A DNA stretch of 60,414 bases, counting the filler, from Perkinsus olseni (taxonomy: Eukaryota), in assembly GCA_013115125.1 (NCBI GenBank). It is 2 parts of 2 records of this genome, joined end to end, with 100 filler letters (N's around TTAATTAATTAA, not from the genome) between each part and the next. Parts side by side here need not be neighbours in the genome. Positions count along the whole stretch, not along the records: positions 30,286 to 60,414 come from JABANN010000426.1; 1 more part is not named here. One strand, 5' to 3'. The notes below the pieces were generated by a model, which saw nothing but the letters and a program-made list of their open reading frames with translations, did not search any database and was not told the DNA's origin. The position numbers and the translations under genes are program-made. Of this stretch, positions 36,339 to 49,700 are shown piece by piece. Positions within the stretch are counted from its first letter, which is position 1; every line of letters starts with the position of its first letter.

Positions 36339-39222
36339 ATGAGCAATATAAAGCACTACGGTGACGTCAGCGAAGCGGTCCTACGCGAGGAGGCCGCCTC
36401 TGGCGGCCACCATCCATCGACCAGTACCATACCTTCCCCAACTCCTGAGGGCCCCAGGAGGGAGTCTGAGGTACTATTGGACGGTATTTCACGTATGTCT
36501 GGGTGGTTCCGAAGACCTGTTGTTCGGAGAGGGGTGGGATGGCCAAGATCGTGAGAAAATGAATTTCCGAAGTGCACGAATTTTTGTGGCGCGCGACGGG
36601 AGTTCCAACGCAAGACGACGATCTTGAGATCACCGCCAAACGCTCACTCTGTGGCCAAGAACGCGCTCTCGGAATCACCGTTCCTAAAGCCCTGTCTAGC
36701 AGCAGGAGTAGTAAAAGGAGAGTGGCTTCTGTGACGAATGGAGTCAGGTGCTCCAAAGGGCCAAGCAAAAGGCAGATGACTTGCACAAAGCCTTTGAGGA
36801 AGTTAGGAAGACCAAAGGGGACCTCAGCGCAGCCGTGCCCGGGTCTGACAGGGAGGTCAAGAACAAGCTCAGGCTTATCGGTGAGCCGATTTGCCTTTTC
36901 GGAGAGGATGCCGCTGATCGGAGAGGTCGACTGAAGTTGCTCTTGTCAAAGGGAAAGTATCAGGAGCTCCTGAAGCCCGCAGCGAAGGAAGCTGCTAGAG
37001 GTGAGAACGAAAGTTGCGGTTGGTGTGGTATTGGAAAATTTAGGAGACGATAAGAAGGGCAAGGTCGAGCAGGAGTTGTTCTTCACTATTGGTAGTGAGA
37101 ATTTGAAGGCGAAGCGAAGGAAGCTTTGGGAAATTAGTCGGCAGAAGTCGAAGAAAGTAATTACGGAGTTTATGGTATGGCCCAGAGGCTTCTAGTTGAG
37201 CGTCGTGGTCTCTCAAGAGTGGTGGTCTCTCAAGAACGGCTCCAAGGAACAAAATAGAATAGCTCGGCTCCTCCTCAGCCGATTCGAAGCTGCTTCGGAG
37301 CTGCCGTTGTGTCTTGCTGTTGAATATCCTGGTTGTTCTGGTAGGCTCTGGAGGCGGAGCGAGCTGACTTCCACAAGACCATCGATTACGACTATAACAG
37401 ACGCTTTACGGTCCTTGCCGACGCCCTCAGGTGACCACCTGCCTTGTACGGCCTGTGACGCCACTGCAACCTGCCTCAGATCTGCTCATTCTATTGAGGA
37501 GTTCACCGGAGCTGGCTCGGAGAGTCGTCCGCTGTCACATATCCGATTGTCGAGGGCTGCCAGAGGGGCCGATGCCACCTCGCAGGCTGGCCGGGTCGCT
37601 GTGGCGAGCTGGAGCGGCTATATAGGGGTAGGGTTGGTATCTTAGGTTGAAGCTAGGAAGATATGTGTGTGGTAGATATGGACGGCGGATGAGTCGATGA
37701 AACGCTTGTACACCCTCGGCACGGACGGTCATGGGCACTCCGACAGGTAATTATGACCACTCCCTCAACTCATCTGTTCGAGTGCCTCTCGTGGGAACTA
37801 AGGGTGTCCTCCCTGTACTTTGTATAAGATTGGGGTTGGAAATACTATAACGGAGAATATAGTCATACCATTCATCGCCGACATCGTATCAATGGCCGTA
37901 GTGACACGTCGGCTGAGGTTCTTTCGAAGGGCAATGCCCTGACCTCGCTTGCATATCTTGACACCATGCTGATACCATTTTTCTTGGCACGGGCGGGACT
38001 GAGCCAAAATTGATTTTATTTGTTTCAAGGTTCGACCTAAGATATGCTCTACTTTCTGCTCAGGTGCCAGGCTGTGGCGTGGAACCCTAACGGGCGCCAG
38101 CTAGCAAGTGCCGGTGCTGATCATAACGTAGGCTTGCTGCTGTTCCCTCCTGCAGTACACCATATGGCAGATCTGTATTTGGGACCTGCCGACAGCCGAT
38201 GCTGACGCCAGCATCGACGACCCGGTTTCCCTCCAGCCAGCGGCTGTCCTCGAGGGCCACGAGCTGCGAGTCAACAACGTGGAGTATGTTCCGGTAAATT
38301 GATCTCAAAAAAACTTAGCGGAGCGAAGCTAGGATTGGTGATCAGGTCTACCCGCAGTTGGTAGCATCTACATCACATGATGATACCTGGCGACTTTGGG
38401 ATATCGAGAAGCAGGAGGAGATCTTGCTTCAGGAAGGCCACAACCATCCCGTACTATCCCTCGCCACGGGGACCTTTTCCCATCTTTTCCGGCAGGTTTT
38501 TGGTCTCGCTATTCACCCCTGTGGGTCGCTGATAGCCACCTCTGACATGAGCGGTGTGGTGAGGGTGTGGGACCTCCGTACCGGTCGGACAGTCCTCCCC
38601 CTCACCTACGAAGACGGGGGCCACTGCAAGGGTACGCCGAGCCAAACTCATTTCTCTTGATACATCAGTGCTGGTCTGACTAAGCCGGTCTTCGGCGTTG
38701 GACTTCAAATTCGCGCACACGACGATTCTGACCCACCAATTTTTAGGTGTGCTGGCGGTGGACTTCTCGCCGAACGGTTTCCAGCTGGCCACTGGCGGTA
38801 TGGACAACAGTGTCAAACTGTGGGACCTTCGGAAGCGTCGTAGACTCGAAAATCTGTAAGGTCACGAGTTGCTGAATTTTTGGTATCTTAGCTTGACTTC
38901 AGCCCTGCTCATGAGAAGTTGATTTCGGATGTCCGATTCTCCCCTGACGGTCGACTACTGCTCACAGCCGGCTACGACGGTGTGGCTAAGTTGTGGAACA
39001 CACTGGATTGGACGGACGTTCGCAACCTTCCTGTTGCCTGCAACAAGGTTGGAATTAGTATGTGTGTCGCGGGAGAAGTATTGGTCCGTCCAGGTTATGT
39101 CGGCTGATATTGACGGGTCTGTTGTTGCCACTGCGGGCTTCGACCGTCAGTTTAAGATATGGAAACTGCCTAGTGAGGAGGTGAAGGACGACGATGATGA
39201 TGTTGAGATGAAAACGCAGTAG
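36339..39222 (+). CDS. PRPF4: U4/U6 snRNP protein Prp4 (PRP4 motif + WD40 repeats), multi-exon
   Basis: [34 protein letters not shown] (PRP4/SFM motif), [13 protein letters not shown] repeats [70 protein letters not shown]. Confidence 0.92.
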
Positions 39223-39340
39223 ATTGAGGATGAATCATTTCTAACGTAGTTGTATCATTGTTGCGTCGAGAAGAGTAGTCAAAGAGATTTATCGAGGGTT
39301 TTCGGTTAATGAGCGAGCGAGTGAAAAAGAGCAAAATAAC

Positions 39341-41537
39341 TTAAACAATTTGAACATCATCTGTGGAAGAAGCCTTCTTCAAGAAGGGATCTATGGGCGG
39401 GGTACTCTTGCCAGGGATAGGTCGCAAAGGCCAGCCCAGCACTGGAAGCTGGAGTGAAGTCTCCACAACCTTTCCTGTCTTTGGTTTCAAGGGTGTGAGG
39501 CTTTAGTGTTTTATGCTTTCGACAAGTACAAGGTGAACGGACTGGGAGTTTTATAGCTGCTCGTGGACATGAGCGAGCGAAAATTGAGAGGGAGGATGAA
39601 CCGCTTCATTTCAATTCGGCAGATTTCTCTGCGATTGAATTGGAGCGCTGCTGTTCCTCCGCCTCCCCCACTCGCATACTGTAACTCCACGCTGTGTTTC
39701 GGCAGTGGCCCCGAGTGGCCTCCGCCAGACAGCTGCAATACCCGCCCTCTCGAAGCACTTCCTCCCAATTCCCCGTGGCTGGGCTTTCATGCACTCCAAC
39801 GCTAGACGTAAAAAAGTGGCACATCGAAGACGACAATTGGCATCGGCATCACAGCGACATCAACTTTCATGAGAACAACTGGGAATTCAAAAGGGGAGCA
39901 ACAGGGAATGAATTAACTTCGGAAGGAGGAGGTATGATTATCCTTCCTTCTCAAGTGAAGCAGTACTTTATAAATGTTTTCGCCAGAGATGAAAGACGAA
40001 ATGAAAGAAGTGAGGGGCGAAATAAAAGAAATGAGGGAAGACACGAGAGGCGGGAATTGTCCGTACACCGCAGGAAGCGGTCGTATATAAAAAGGGACGG
40101 ATCCGTTTTTCCCAGAATGCGAACTTCATGCCACCATCCGTCAGCCAGTGGAAAATATGAGTGATATGGGTTGGTCCCTGGCCTCCATAGATTCTTACCA
40201 TTCTGTCATAGTTCAACGGCCAGGTATCAACCGCAGCGTTATCGCCAGGAGGCGAGATGTAGTTACTGTAGGCCTCCAGTTGCCTAGCGGCGATTTCTGT
40301 GGCACTTTCCGCGGACGAGTCAGCTGACTCGGGGGTGACTTGCTCGCTACGAGACAGCAATTCACGTAACTTGTCCGCGTTGAACTTGGGCGTGACAACC
40401 CTGCGAAGAAACAAGGTTCCGTAACCGGGACTCAGCGGGAAGATGGAATACTTCGCTTGTGCAATCAGTACAGTAGAAACGGCAGCGACGCATTGTTGAT
40501 TATCGCGCTCACTGGTAGGCCAAAAGTGAGTTCAGTGACTGCGAGCGGCGCTCGATCTTCCACGCCGCGGCCATCGTAAGCTACGCGAATCATTCCGTTA
40601 CACAAAATCAGCAAGTATTGGCGACATCGTTTCCGAACAGGGTTAAATAAATTTAGAAAAGACATTCAAGTTGGATATTGTTCTATCATTCGACCTACCA
40701 CCATTCCTCCTCAATATTGGTTACCAGTTCGGCCTTCAGGGCAGTGAGCTTGAAGCTCTGGTCAACACTTGGCCTGCGCAAGTAAATCTGGTAACGGATT
40801 ATCAGCTGAAAATTTGGCAAGAAATCGACGCTCATCCCCGCTCGCTATGGCCCTACCAAGCGGTTCGAGGGAATCATTGAGTGCGCAAGTTCAACGTCCT
40901 GAACTCTGGTGGCGTACAGGTCCCCGTTGGCGGCCCCACGCTTGAAGTGCTAAGCATATTTCAATAAGAGCCCCCAGCCGAAGCTGTGCATCAGCTGCGT
41001 CTTAAGTGAAGCCGGTGTGGACTGTGGGATCTTCTCAACAGATTTCTTGTTCGGTAAATAACTGTAGTCTTTCAATACATCCTCATCCGCCACCACTGAA
41101 AATCTGACGTTACCATTGTGCCTGAGGAGGGGGAGGTGTGGTAGGCTCCTTCCAGAGGCCTTACCCCTTCGGATACTCCACATGGGTGACATCCATAAAG
41201 CGGGTTCTTTCTTTTACCGGCTCTGCAATGATTCCGACAACAGTCTGCAATAGTGACAGTACGCAAGGGGCCATGTGGTGACACCCAGTGAGACTGTCTT
41301 GCTCCGTGTCACCACACGGCGTCTTGTCGAAAATCATTCCAATACGATTACAATGAGAGAACCTTACAGCGAGGTCCTCACCTTGGACATCGTAGCTTTC
41401 TCATCTGTAAGGACTATGGTTGTGCTCGTCGGAGCATCGGGGGTGACACTTGTCAAGCGGACGGCTGCTGGATGGGATAATGGTGTCGATAAGGCGGCAA
41501 GGGTCAGGAAGCGCGACAGGGCAGTCTGTCGGGCCAT
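39341..41537 (-). CDS. Hypothetical multi-exon protein with signal-peptide-like N-terminus
   Basis: Start MARQTALSRFLTLAALSTPLSHPAAVRL at 41537 followed by a GTGAG donor. Coding-like blocks at ~40.9-41.3k, 40.07-40.38k and 39.5-39.9k; plausible end ...FLKKASSTDDVQIV* at 39341. The exon structure is uncertain. Confidence 0.45.
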
Positions 41538-42531
41538 GGGGAGGTTGGAGACGACTGACCAGTGAACCCTTCATCACGATAGAGGGAGTACGGATTGGCT
41601 GTCTACAGGCAGGCACAAACGCAAACGCCTATCAAACGCATGCCATCGCTTCGACGGGGGTGCGTTCTCTTGCTGCACGAAATCTCGCATAGAACCTTGC
41701 TTCGGTCAATTGTCAACAGACAATGAACAACTCAATGCCCGAGCCACGGTAGGACTCGGCTGAGACCCAATCGAGAAAACTTTCCAAGCTCTCCTGGAAA
41801 ATCTGAATAGCACTTTAACGAGTCAGTTTCTAGGGTGATTGTAATCGTCGACGGTGTTCCGTTTCGGAAGCATCAAAAAGTCATCAGGAGCGGGTAGTGT
41901 CGGCTCACCCTCCTTACAGATTCCATCGAACTGCAGCACTCTCAGTCAGCGCAGAATGAGTTACGGATACTCGTACGCTCGAAGTTGCATTCCGCAACGA
42001 GTCTTGGGAAGGGTGATGTCGGCCTTCGTTCACTTTACGGCCGGCTTTTCGTTCTGTATCTCTTCGTGTGTGTGTGAGTTTAAAGTCCAACGCCGACAGT
42101 ACGGCTTAGTTAGACTAGCATCACCGACGTACCTTTCTGAGGGCGATTGGTTCAGCCTGTTAAATAGGCTCTGATCGTCAAGCCAAAGAACGTCGCTCTC
42201 AGAGCATCGAGGTCATCGTCAGCTGAGGTATCTCTTTGCAGCGGAACAGGGTAACAGGATACGTTTGTGTGGTCAGTAGTAGAGCATACAATGGGGGTGT
42301 CACTCGTGTGGTACACTCTTATTGACTGTATTTGAAGTCTCTCATAGCTGCATCATCGAAAAGTACTATTCCGTATGACGAGCGATTCACTCAAAGCCTT
42401 GCTTTTGTTTATATTTTGGACATCCGGATACCCCATCGCACACTGAGTTCACACTATCGTCATGGCTGACACTGGACAACCCAAGGGCATGGGTGATCAC
42501 TATGGAAGCACTGCTGGACACGCGCATGCGG

Positions 42532-43945
42532 TTAGATTTCGGCGTCAACCAAGTCATAGTCATCATCGTCATCTTCATCATCGTCTGCTTCCTCCGCTTC
42601 CTTATCCCAATCCACGTCCACCTAATTACCGCAGCATGGCTGCTAGCGAAGACCGACAGTCTTACATGCGTCTCAGCGGCCGACACGACAACTCGGCCGT
42701 CCTCGTCAACTTGTGGCTCGCCGGCATTACGGATGACGGTCCCTGAGCAAGGCAAGACTCATACCGAGGAGTCCAACAAATTCGGTTATTCCCCTTAATG
42801 AGCTCCGATCTGATCGAGTTGCGGTACAGAACGAGAGAGGGAACAATTCGCTGACGAGCTCCCCAGGGCCTCTTGTTACGGGACCGTCGACGAGCGATAG
42901 TGGAGCACCGATACTCCGATGAAATTTGAAGAAGCCTTCGTTCGACACCTTCCTTGTGACCTTCCTACTGGAAGCCTCTTCCTCGACATCACTATCATCA
43001 TCCATCGCTTCCAGTTCAGCATGTAAAGCAGCAGCCGCTCTCTCAGCCCGTCTTCGTTCGGCAACCTACGATCTACCGCGGCACGCTCACCCACGACCGC
43101 CTGATGGTACCTTGGCCTGGGCCATGGCCTGCGGTGCTATGAGGGTGAGGATGTCCGGATTGCGAGTGAGCAGCTCGCAGTTGAGCCCAGTGGACGTGGC
43201 GTCCTGTGAAGACCGACGCTCCGTCATTAACGCCCGCAACTAACTCACGTTGAATTTCACTTTGCCAGAGCTCAAGAGTACTTGAACGGTCTTTGCATGC
43301 CTCTTGTGCGGTCCAGCACATGCTCGATGGAGAGGCTGCAGACCGTCCCTATGCTCATGACGAGGACTCACGCCCGAGTCCAGGAGGGCCTCCATCACTT
43401 TGTACCGACCTGAGCGTAACCACCCCTCCTCGAGACGCAAACCTTCGGCCAGTCAGGCCCGTCGCCACCTTGAAAGGCGGCGGCGTCGATCGGCGTGTAG
43501 CCTTGAGGGTCCGCGATGGCGGGATCGGCGCCCTGCTGCAACAGGAATCTGACCGCCCACGGCTGTCCTGACAGAACCCATGATGAGTCAAAGGATGGGA
43601 GACTGGCTGCTGGTGCCCACCCGCGATGGTGGCGGCCATGAGGGGCGTGTGGCCCATGCCGCCCTTCTCATTGATGCTCTTCTGGGCGGAAGAGTCCTTG
43701 AACAGCTGCCGCAACTGCATGATGTCCCCTTTACGAGACAGGGCCACGAGGGGGGTGTCCCCTGCAGAACAGGGTTACAAAATTCTGCCGAGCCCCGAGG
43801 TCTCACCTTCGACGGTGTGCAGCCTATCAGCCATCGCGTACGGGTCATCCTCTGGAATCTCCCCAGGGGCAGACGCTTCGGTGATGACGACAGCTCGGAG
43901 GGTGGTGAGGAGGGCGGTGACTTTGCACGTGGCCAGCAAAAGCAT
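42532..43945 (-). CDS. Ankyrin-repeat protein with acidic C-terminus, multi-exon
   Basis: GDTPLVALSRKG, GHTPLMAATIAG, FLLQQGADPAIADPQGYTPIDAAA, GLQPLHRAC. Tail ..EEADDDEDDDDDYDLVDAEI*. Confidence 0.75.
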
Positions 43946-44546
43946 TTGAGAAAAGGAGCTAGAGGTGTCAGAAAGAAGAGCGACGGAGTGACGCTGCACG
44001 CAACTCCTCGGCGACGCACGTGATGGAAAAGAGCTGGCGGGATGGAATGAGGCGGATACTATCAGGCGAACGTGCGTGGAGCACAGGTTCTATCCCGGCA
44101 GGCCGGCTTTTTCCGAAATATTTACTCTATTACTGCTATTACCAGACTTAGAAATTAGGGTACTACTAAGGACTACTAGGACGACGACCGCAGCAGCGGC
44201 AGCAGCAGCACCCACTGCCGACAACAGAAAGAAGCGCGAACAGCGAATTGGCGATGATGACCAGCGCCCTCGGTGTGACCGAGGTGATACTGATACAAAA
44301 AAGGGGAAACAAAAGATGAGGCAGCAGCAGACGACGATTAGCGGCCATTGGCCGAGACTCCGTTAGAGTTCTTCAAGTCTGCTCAAGAATTCAAGATTGG
44401 CGAGAAGAAGAAAAAGAGTGGAACGAATGTGTTCTCGAGAAGTACTATAAGAAAAGCGACGCTGGCGAGAACAGGGATAAACTTCATACTGTTACTAGAC
44501 TTCACTGGGGTGGTGGTGTTGTCGGTAGCTGGGAGGGGCGTGAGGC

Positions 44547-46665
44547 TCAGTCCTCATACAGGATACCGGGATGGGTGTTGCCAAAGTGATGCGATCCATC
44601 AACTAGCTGAGGCCCTCCGCCATTGCCGCCGCTGGTAGTGTTGTCGTAAACTGGGGAGCTGGCGAATGGGTAGGAAGACACGCCATTGCCGCCGCTGGTA
44701 GTGTTGTCGTAAACTGGGGAGCTGGCGAATGGGTAGGAAGACACTCCATAGTGGTGATGGGCAGGATAGGTCTCATTATACTGCTGCTGGTGTTGGTGTT
44801 GGTGGTTATTAGCGTATCCCTCACTCCGAGGGCTGAATCCCGTCCCAAAGGGGGTCTCATTCGGGCCTACAGTCCGGCCACTCGAGGACCTGGTGCAGTA
44901 ACTCTCCGCACCACCGCCACCGCCACCAAAGTGAACAGAGGTTTGGATAGGAGGCTTGGCAAGGATGGAGGGGCCCCCGCCTACTGCTACTCCCGATTGT
45001 TGGGACTCCTCGAAGTAGGATGGCGATTCACTGCTCGGGTTTGTGCTGGCGCCGTTGACTACGCTGGGCCAGTAGGCTCCACCGCTCTGTGCCGCCGCGG
45101 CCGCAGCAACCTGACATTGGAAATCGCCCCGTTTCACGCGACCGTACTCTTACCGCAGCAGCAGCCATCTGGTGCATCTGATGGCTTCTGATGGCGGCTG
45201 CAGTGGCCATCGCTCTGTGCATGGCCATGGCAGGATCGTCCGTCGGCGGAGGGTTGAGTAGGGCGCCAGGGTGGTGTTGATGAGTGTCCCCTTGGGGAGG
45301 AGGCAGTTGACTATAATAGTACCTGAAGGTCAATCGGCCGTTAAAATTCTGACTCGACTCACGAAATCTTGCGCGTGCGCGGATTCCAGAGCCGCAGAGA
45401 TTGAGATTTTACGTACTGCATGTCTACTTGACTGGGAGCATGACGAAACTAACCCTGTACCACGGTTTGGCAACTCACCCAGGGTAAGCAGCATGAGCAG
45501 CAGGTAGTCCCTCCTGTTGCTGATGGTAGTTCATTACCATCATCGGATGGTGATGATGATGATGCGCAGCATAATGATGATGATGTCCTTGCACGCTCGA
45601 AGTCGACGAGTGTAGGGTCGGTGCCACCACAGTACTCGGGCTACCTGCGTTGTTCCTGTTGCCAGCAGCAACCGCCGGCCCCGGGTAGGAGCCCGGAGGC
45701 ATCAGCAAGCTGGGATGCTGTAGAAGCGGATGTGCGGCATACTGATGATGATGTCCACTCTGGCTCCCCCCTTGTGGCCCTTCATACCGCGCTCCTGGGA
45801 GGGCATTGCCTCTCTGCTGTTCCGTCCAGGACTGCCGACGCCGTCTGCTACCACTCCCAGCAGACCTAGAACTACTCTCTGTCGGAATTGCGATGCTGGT
45901 GCTCCTCGGTCGATTGCCTCTGGTCTTCTCCCGAGTCACCGCTGCCTTACCAGCAACCTTAGACTGCTGTGCCGCCGCCGCCGCTGCCGTCGACGGTTGC
46001 TGCTGCTGCTGCTGTTGCTGATTTTTCATAACCTCCAAGCGCTTGGGCGGATTCCTTTGGTCACCATTATCCTTCCTTGGCCGCTGGCCCGGGTACATCT
46101 CCCTCAGCTTCCGATCCACGCTGTTATCCAGATTATAGCAATAGCGTCTCATGCCAGTTTTCATCTCCTCCTCAGTGTGAGCGAATCGACAATTATCCCC
46201 AGCTCGACACCTGATACCATACTTACACGCACCCTCCATCAGCCTCCGCGGGACGAAGTGGATGTCCTCCACGCCGTGACCATAGAGGCACTGCCCCTCG
46301 GCGAATCTCTGGCAATGCCCATGGGCTTCATATTCCGGACACGCATATGACTTCGGGTCCTTGAGCTCCTCCGGGCAGTGAGCGTAGGGGCAATCGTCAC
46401 CGGCCGAGCATCCTCCTTGCCGCGTGAGAAAGTAGATACAAAGTTTTGAACGGTGGTAGTAATCAACATAGTCGGGACGAGACCGACTTTGACCGAAGTC
46501 CTTCGATTTCTCGGGATCTTCACCAGCTTCTAGTCTGGAGGAGCTGGAAGCCGGATTTCCAGTCCTCGGTGAACCTCCAACAGTCAGACCGTCGCCACTG
46601 TTATTAACCTCTTCCCTGCCGAGCGACTCTGAGTGGTTCACCGCACGATCAGGAGATACGGTCAT
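44547..46665 (-). CDS. CCCH zinc-finger RNA-binding protein with Q/H/S-rich disordered tail
   Basis: CIYFLTRQGGCSAGDDCPYAH, CPEYEAHGHC..QCLYGH, CKYGIRCRAGDNCRFAH, followed by polyQ and polyH tracts. ATG (MTVSPDR) at 46665; one intron inferred near 45.33-45.48k. Confidence 0.8.
44619..44744. repeat. Perfect 63-bp in-frame tandem duplication
   Basis: Two identical copies (44619-44681, 44682-44744) encoding VSSYPFASSPVYDNTTSGGNG. Confidence 0.95.
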
Positions 46666-46789
46666 AGTGAAGGAAGGCTGCCAGCGGTGACCTCCCAGAT
46701 TAACCAAATACAACAACCATCCGAGAGGCTAAGAAACCAGCAGCGGCTGTGGGAGCTGCTGTCCTCATTTACGTTCAGGGAGCCTTTTC

Positions 46790-49700
46790 TCAGCCGGAGT
46801 GCTCCAGACTGGTTAAGGTCCTACAAACCCGGATGAGGCAACGCCGGATCCCGAGGCCTCGTCTACCTGTGGAGATCGTTGGTCTGCTCCGTAATGTGCT
46901 CCAACGACCTCTGGTGGATGTTCAGAATCTTCACCAGACTCTGCAACGCTGTGGGCTCCGTGGCATCGCTAGCATCTCCGGCGTAGGTAGAGCCCGCGAG
47001 CTGATCATGTTTGTATCACGCTTCAACCTAAGATTCCCATCCTACGGATTTGGTGGTAGCCATGAGCTCCTCTAATTGCCGCTCCATGTCGTCCAGCTGC
47101 CCAGACACGGCCACCGCTCTGTCACCAACTAAAGAGACCATAATAATGCCCACGCCAGGATTCGAACCCGGGATCTCCAGCTTACCACTCGCTGCCTCAT
47201 TTTTCCCGCGTTGTACTCCTGATAGCAGCGTAGAGGCCGAGCCGCCACTACTGACAGAGAGAGCGGTCCTTGGCCTTCGCCAGGAGCCCCGAGCACTCAC
47301 TTTGCGCCCCCGGCCACGCCGCCGCCAGCGCCCTGCATCTCCTTCATAACAGCCTGCTGGACATCCTCCAACAGCTCACCAAGGGACTGCTGTTGACCCG
47401 CTATTGATGCCAGGGCCGAGTCCACCTGCCGACGCCGTACCATAACTTTCCCAAATTCCAGATTATCACTGCGAATGAGCGGAGTATGCTATTGTTTCAC
47501 TAGGCTCCGTTGGATCAGCTACAGAATCCACAGAGACTCGAGCGAGTATCAACTGCCATAGCGATCAAGGCCTCCCTTGTTGCCCCATGCCATCGCCCAA
47601 CATCAGTTAGAGAATACTACCATCTGCGCCGTGTTCTTCAGTTGCACATGCTGAGCATCGAGAGCCCTGAGCTCCCTGGTCGCCTGGATCAGCTTGGAGT
47701 CCACAGCGAGGACCTCTGACCCGTACTGGTTGAACTGATTGGCTTGCATAGACAACCTGAATCAACACTTCGTCCCACTTTTCGACCTACTCCTGCGGAT
47801 AAAGCACAGAACTTGCGTCCATTGCGATCTGAGGTCAGGGGTTTTCGACGTTGCTGAATTCGACGGAACAGTCGGCGTGTCGAAGTTCGCTATCCTCGCC
47901 GAGGCCCGCCCGTTCGCAATCTTTTCACTGCACACGGTGGCGACTAACCAACATTTATCGTATCAACGGGACCCCAAAAAAGGACCATCCCAGTAGCTGC
48001 ACATAAGCACTGCGTGAAATGATCTCGCCGCGGCAGCCGATTACAGTCAGCGGATCTCAGATCGGACTGCACGCAAATTTCACCCTTGACAGCGGGACGC
48101 CCTGTTCTACCGCTACTACCTTTGGTCCCATAAAGTAAGGACATCCGTAAGCTTCCTATGCTCCAATACTCCCACACGGGCGCCGCCGGTGGCGGTCGAG
48201 GACGACGAAGAAGCCGGCGCAGCTGAGAGGCCCAGTCGTACTCATTCGGTGTCCAATTCCATCCGACCGCTCACCTCCGAAGAGCCCACCGCCTCCGCTG
48301 CTGCTGCCAGTGGTGGCAGACCCGAAGAGGCCCCCACCACCCGAGGAAGATGAGGTGGAAGAAGATGATGAAGCTGGAGCCGCGCCGAACAGGCCACCTC
48401 CTGCAGCCGACGACGATGACGGAGCAGCACCGAAGAGGCCGCCACTGGAGCTGCTGCTGCTGCCGCCGCCTGTGCTGGCCGGAGCCGCACCGAAAAGGCC
48501 GCCAACAGACGATGATGAGGCAGGCGCAGCTGAGAGATTCTGATCAACGGACGCGATGGTGTATGCCCACCTACCACCAAAGAGTCCACCGCCGCCCGCA
48601 CTGCTGCTAGCAGGAGCGCTCCCGAAAAGCCCACCACCAGCAGCGGACGAGGAAGATGAAGCCGGGGCCGCGCCGAAGAGGCCTCCCCCTCCAGAGCTGC
48701 TACTGGCGGGTGCCGCACCAAACAGGCCACCACCACTGGAGCTGCTTGCGCCGGCCGGGGCTGAGCCGAACAGGCCGCCACCACCGGAGCTGCTGCTGCC
48801 TGTGCTGGCCGGAGCAGCACCGAAGAGGCCACCGGCAGTTGACGAGGAGGAAGCGGACGCTGGAGCTACAGACGGATCAACTTAACGGAATTCCGTGCCT
48901 TCGACGTTCTTACCGCCGAAGAGGCCACCAGCGCTGGAGCTACTGCTGCCGGTAGTGGACGCACCGAAGAGGCCACCTGTACCGCTAGAAGACGTGGCAG
49001 CTGGGGCACCTGAGAGCTCACAATACGTACTGAGGGGCCCACATGGCACAACAGCATAAGAATAATTACGGACGAGTGGCGAGAGAACCAGAAGCAGTGA
49101 AAGGGGACCCGCCAATTCGACCGCGATCGGGGATGATTCTGTTGAGCTTCGGTCCCTCCCGGGCGCCATGACGAAGCGAAGTTCCTAGACTGAATGGATC
49201 CTTCTAACATGCTATTGATGGTCCCACAGAGGACTTGGAGCTCTTTGCCGTCGAGCGAAGTATTAAGGGCCTTCCTGCTCTTACCGCCGAAAAGGCCGCC
49301 TCCGCTGCTGCTACTGCCTGTCCCGAAGAGTCCACCGCCGGAAGAGCTCGAACCCGAGGCAGCTCCTGAAGGGTGGCGCACTATCGAAAAGAGCCTTGCT
49401 GCGATGTCGTGAGACCTACCGAACAGGCCACTACTAGCGGCTGACGAAGACGCCGGAGCCGATCCGAAAAGGCCACCTCCCGCCGCGGACGATGCTGGGG
49501 CAGCACCGAAAAGGCCGCCGCTGGCAGATGACGCTTGGGCTCCCCCGAAGAGACCGCCACCACCAGCTGAGGACGAGGCTGGGGCTGCACCGAAGAGACC
49601 ACCGCCGCTGGCAGCAGACGAGGCCGGCGCTGCACCAAAGAGACCACCACTAGCAGCAGATGCCGGGGTGGCACCGAAAAGGCCGCCACCGCCGGCTGCA

